From the NCBI GenBank assembly GCA_907165135.1, contig OU015568.1, positions 930,001 to 994,000 of the forward strand: a stretch of 64,000 nt of DNA, given 5' to 3'. The DNA comes from Oikopleura dioica. Taxonomy: Eukaryota > Animalia > Chordata. Under the pieces are notes generated by a model. The model did not search any database. It saw only the letters and a list, made by a program, of their open reading frames with translations, and was not told the origin of the DNA. Positions within the stretch are counted from its first letter, which is position 1. Each line of letters starts with the position of its first letter. Made by a program: the position numbers and the translations under genes. Positions 60,429-64,000 of this stretch are shown piece after piece.

Positions 60429-60986
60429 ATGAATATGACCATCACCGAGGATCTCTTGGACGATTACAAAGACACCATCCACCCTGCTCTTTTTACAGAA
60501 GAGGGGATGACCGTCGAGCTGAAGAAAGAAAAAGAACGAGAACTCAATAAGATTATCGAGTTTTGGTGGACTTTTGGAATCAATATTGCTGTACTTGTGT
60601 AAGTTTTATCGACGAAAAGAGGGAAATAATGCGTTTTCTTGAAGATTAATCGTCGTGATGATCGTTGTTTTCAACTATCGGGAATTCGAAGATGTTGGTG
60701 AGCAAATACCTTATGCTGAGCACGATACGATCTATCTCAAGGGATCGGTCATTTACCGTCATTTTGGCAAAAAAAACAAGTTTTAAAACACTTTTTGACC
60801 GAGAAAAAGTGCGAAATGGGCCTGAACAAAAGCTACATGACCGAGCTTATGAACAGCACCGCCGACATTCCAGCATCATCACAGGGCGAATACAGTCAGC
60901 ACCTTCTCCTGGAAAGCTCGGTTATCGACCAACTCATCCGAAACTTGACCTGCGAGTATTTGCCTGATCACAAAGTCATGACTTGA
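60429..60986 (+). CDS. Small single-pass membrane protein
   Basis: Reads MNMTITEDLLDDYKDTIHP...FWWTFGINIAVLV|LIVVMIVVFNYREFED..., with short introns. Confidence 0.55.
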
Positions 60987-61812
60987 AAAAATAAAGAGTC
61001 CTCTTCCTATTGCTAGGAAAGAGTTTTACTGAGAGCAATAAATTTATGATTGTTGCCATAGAAAAATGCACTGGAAAAATGATTGTAAATTTTAAAGTGA
61101 GCGTCAATATGAGTAAAGCAGATCGCAGTGAAACCAAAGCAAACATAAAAATACACGACAGGTTAGGAAAACGATGATAAGACGGATGTGATCTTTTGTT
61201 ATATTGAATATTTTGCTACTGTTCCGAATATGGAAGGGAAAATTTTAAATTAAAGAAATGAAGGAATGTATAATATACGGTGAAAATAATCTGAAAGATG
61301 AAAATGGAGGGCTTCGACTGAATAGGTCAGAATTCGTATAAAAATGTCACGTGATCAAAATTAGGTAAAAATAAAACTTTATGCACTTTGACCCTTTCTT
61401 TCGGAAAATTTATTTTTTTCATTGTTTTATTAATTCTCCTCAAATTGACACAAGAAATCATGGATGAGAAATTCTCATCATACCCTTTTTACAGTCATCA
61501 TTTCCTAATGATTTTATACGATTCTGACTCACGATCTTGACGTTCTTCAGGATTCATAATCTTCCTCACGGAAAATTGCAAGGGTAACATTCGCAAATGA
61601 TGAGAACGCATGACGCAGTCATCAAAGCAGCCGCGTTTTTATTTAATTTCCACTCGGTCATATTGCCGTTGCCAGCAGTGAGGCATTTATATTCCTCAAC
61701 AAATATCAATTTCGAATCAGCATTAAAAAGCTCGGCCCGGAAGGCAGCGCCATTCAAAAACATTTCGAATTTTTGAGAGCACGACGAGAAGCGCAAAAAG
61801 AAAGAATAAAAA

Positions 61813-62682
61813 ATGAAGCTCGATCCTAATTCAATCATCAGCTGTAAGTAGAAAGGATTTTTAATGAATTAGCATTCACAACAAAAATTTGGGAATAAAT
61901 AATGAATTTTTAGCAAACGACGTTGTCCCATCTAACAATGTCTTTCCCGAACATTGTGGCGACACAGTCGAAGTCAATCAAGCAACTGCATTGCATGGAA
62001 TGCTGATTGCAGCGTACATCATGCTCATTGTTCCCGTAAGTACTAGAAATTGTGAAAAACTTCTGTTCTGACTCCAAGTTGTTGATTCGAGCTATCGACC
62101 ACGGCTCTCAAAAATAACTAATTTCTTTTTAGTTCTTCCCTCTCGTCGGTGCATTTTTGCGAAGAAAAGAAAGCAACCACGTTTGGGGCTCAAACTTGCC
62201 TGGTATTTGCTCACTCGTTGCTGGTGCGCTCTACCTTGCCTGGTATTACACAGGTAAAGAAAGAAATAACCAACCAAAAATTTAACTTTAATTACTCAGA
62301 AATCAAACCGAACGAACTTGATGAGATTGAAAAATTCAACAAAATCTTCAAAGCTTTCAATGCTCTCTCGCTTACTGTCACCCTTTTCGGAGCCTTAGCA
62401 CTGATTCATCTTTGCTTCGCTTTCCTTGGAAATATCCTCTGCTCGAAATTCGGCTCTGGTGACAGACTTGTCGGACTTTTCACCTTCATTTTCATGACAA
62501 TTGGTGAGATGAAATTTTCAAATTTAATCTTATTATTTTTCTAAGTTTTGGCTGTTTTGATCGCCGCTCCCGCTGCTGCTACTGCTCTCGGCTGGAAGTA
62601 TGCCTTTGGTGCTTGCGACCACTGGCTTACCGGACTCACCCTTCTTAACAAACCAGAAATCGACTGGTCGAATCTTGATTAA
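61813..62682 (+). CDS. Multi-pass membrane protein, unknown family
   Basis: Five short exons with GT-AG introns and 4-5 hydrophobic segments; ends KPEIDWSNLD*. Confidence 0.6.
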
Positions 62683-63193
62683 GACGCTCGACGAAAAGAT
62701 ACCAAAAGAATGACATGAGAAATCATCGACGAAATTATTCCCTTTTTTGCTGTTTCATATCTTTCCCTAAATATGAGTCTTTTTACAAACAATAAATCTA
62801 TTGATGCTGATTCGATATTGTTTTTTTCATGAAGATGATCTTTTACTCTTTTTAGGTATTAGCAATTGCAGATTTTTCAAGGAAAAGGCAGAGATTTCTA
62901 TGAAGATGAAAGTGCTGACTTGGATTGAGGCGGTTACGAACTCTTTGAAGGAGGATATGATACGGAGTTGACGTAATAAAATCCAGAAGTTCTTAGCGCA
63001 GATTAAAGTAATAGTCCGCCCATTTCTAAGTTTACTCTTCAATTACTAAAAGAGCCTATTGACATTAAAAATTTTTCGAGAAGAAAAAAGGAATGAGTTC
63101 AATTTTGCACAGCCAATCAGATACAGTCAGCGTCCAACTGTATCAGTTCGCTCGATTTTTGAAAAAGAGAAAGAGAGAAAAAACGTAGTAAAA

Positions 63194-64000
63194 ATGAGCT
63201 CATCATCAGACTCGGAGCGTATCAAGTTGAACCCAATAAACTCGGAAGATCAAAAAGAGAAAGAAAAGAAAACAATGGCCTGGAGTAATTTTCTATTGTT
63301 GGTGACGTTTCCCCTCGAAGGGTTGATTTTCTTCGGGACAATTATGGGTACGTCTATCTTTCTTTAAATATCCTAAACAGACCTGTCCCCCTTAATTTTT
63401 CCTTTCAGGGTGGCCAAATATGGTCGAAGTCCTAAAACAACTCCATGTTTACGAAGATCTCTGCGATTTGAACTCAAACGAGACTGAAATAACCAACTCC
63501 ATCGTCAACTGCAATCAACGAGATGTCATTTTCAGCACTGCCGGGACCATCGGCGGCTTTTCTATGAATGTAATGACTCTTGTCTTCGGCCTTATCGTCG
63601 ACAAGAAAGGGCTTTTTCTGAGCAGGAGCTTGATAACTATCACGGTAACTGTTGGGCTCCTTTGCTTGATGTTCACGCCTGATGCAAACTGGCTCATGTT
63701 TCCGGGGATTTTCCTTCAGTCGGCGGGAGGATATGCTTTTGTCTTGACAAATGCAACGATGTCAACTCTTTTCCCGAAATTTGCAGCGATTGTTTTAGTT
63801 CTTGGACAGTGCTTGTTCCAGATTGCGAGCTCGTACTTCAGGAATGGCTGAGAAAATAAGCTGAGAGCAAGAAAGCCTTCGGAAACGAGGAGCTTTTTTG
63901 AGCCCAAGAAAAGAGTTTTGTCAATTATCTTCGATTCCGGAGTTCCATACAAATGGATCATCGGCGCAAATATTCTGTTGACGATTCCTGTTTGGATCAG
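63194..64000 (+). CDS. SLC43 (LAT3/LAT4-like) MFS transporter, 5' part (runs off window)
   Basis: PLEGLIFFGTIM|GWPNMVEVLKQLHVYEDLC matches the SLC43 N-terminal LE.L.F.....GW..L...LK....Y..LC. FGLIVDKKGLFLSR is MFS motif A-like. Confidence 0.8.

Noticed and set aside
5619-61356. Recurrent TCACGTGA E-box palindromes near gene starts
   Set aside because: Several are visible, but some are in coding sequence and enrichment cannot be judged without counting against background.
1-64000. tRNA, rRNA, snRNA or spliced-leader RNA genes
   Set aside because: No cloverleaf/T-loop, rRNA or SL-like sequence was recognised by eye; tRNAscan/Infernal would be needed to exclude them.

Overview
This is eukaryotic, AT-rich, gene-dense DNA with many 40-60 bp spliceosomal introns. 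The short introns, chordate-type genes and Tor-like gag suggest a larvacean tunicate such as Oikopleura; this is an inference, not a database match. Recognisable genes: an HS 3-O-sulfotransferase-like gene, a Kelch/beta-propeller protein, a TLC-domain protein, a lipase, an LRR protein, two tandem GT31 glycosyltransferases, Tbx15/18/22, CRELD, a GH79 heparanase-like enzyme, a probable GH144-clan glucanase, Dickkopf and an SLC43 transporter, plus several unassigned secreted or membrane proteins. The most striking item is a pair of adjacent paralogous Golgi-type enzyme fusions sharing the same anchor and WSCD-type sulfotransferase core: TM-[O-fucosyltransferase]-[WSCD ST] and TM-[WSCD ST]-[Gal-3-O-sulfotransferase]. 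Mobile DNA: one young gag-only LTR element (460-bp LTRs, ATTC target duplication, duplicated PPT, internal repeat array), three non-autonomous hAT-type elements with intact 8-bp target duplications, one further TIR element with an ambiguous 6/8-bp duplication, and several smaller hairpin elements. No tRNA, rRNA or CRISPR was found. Splice models were read by eye; homologies come from remembered family motifs, not from searches.
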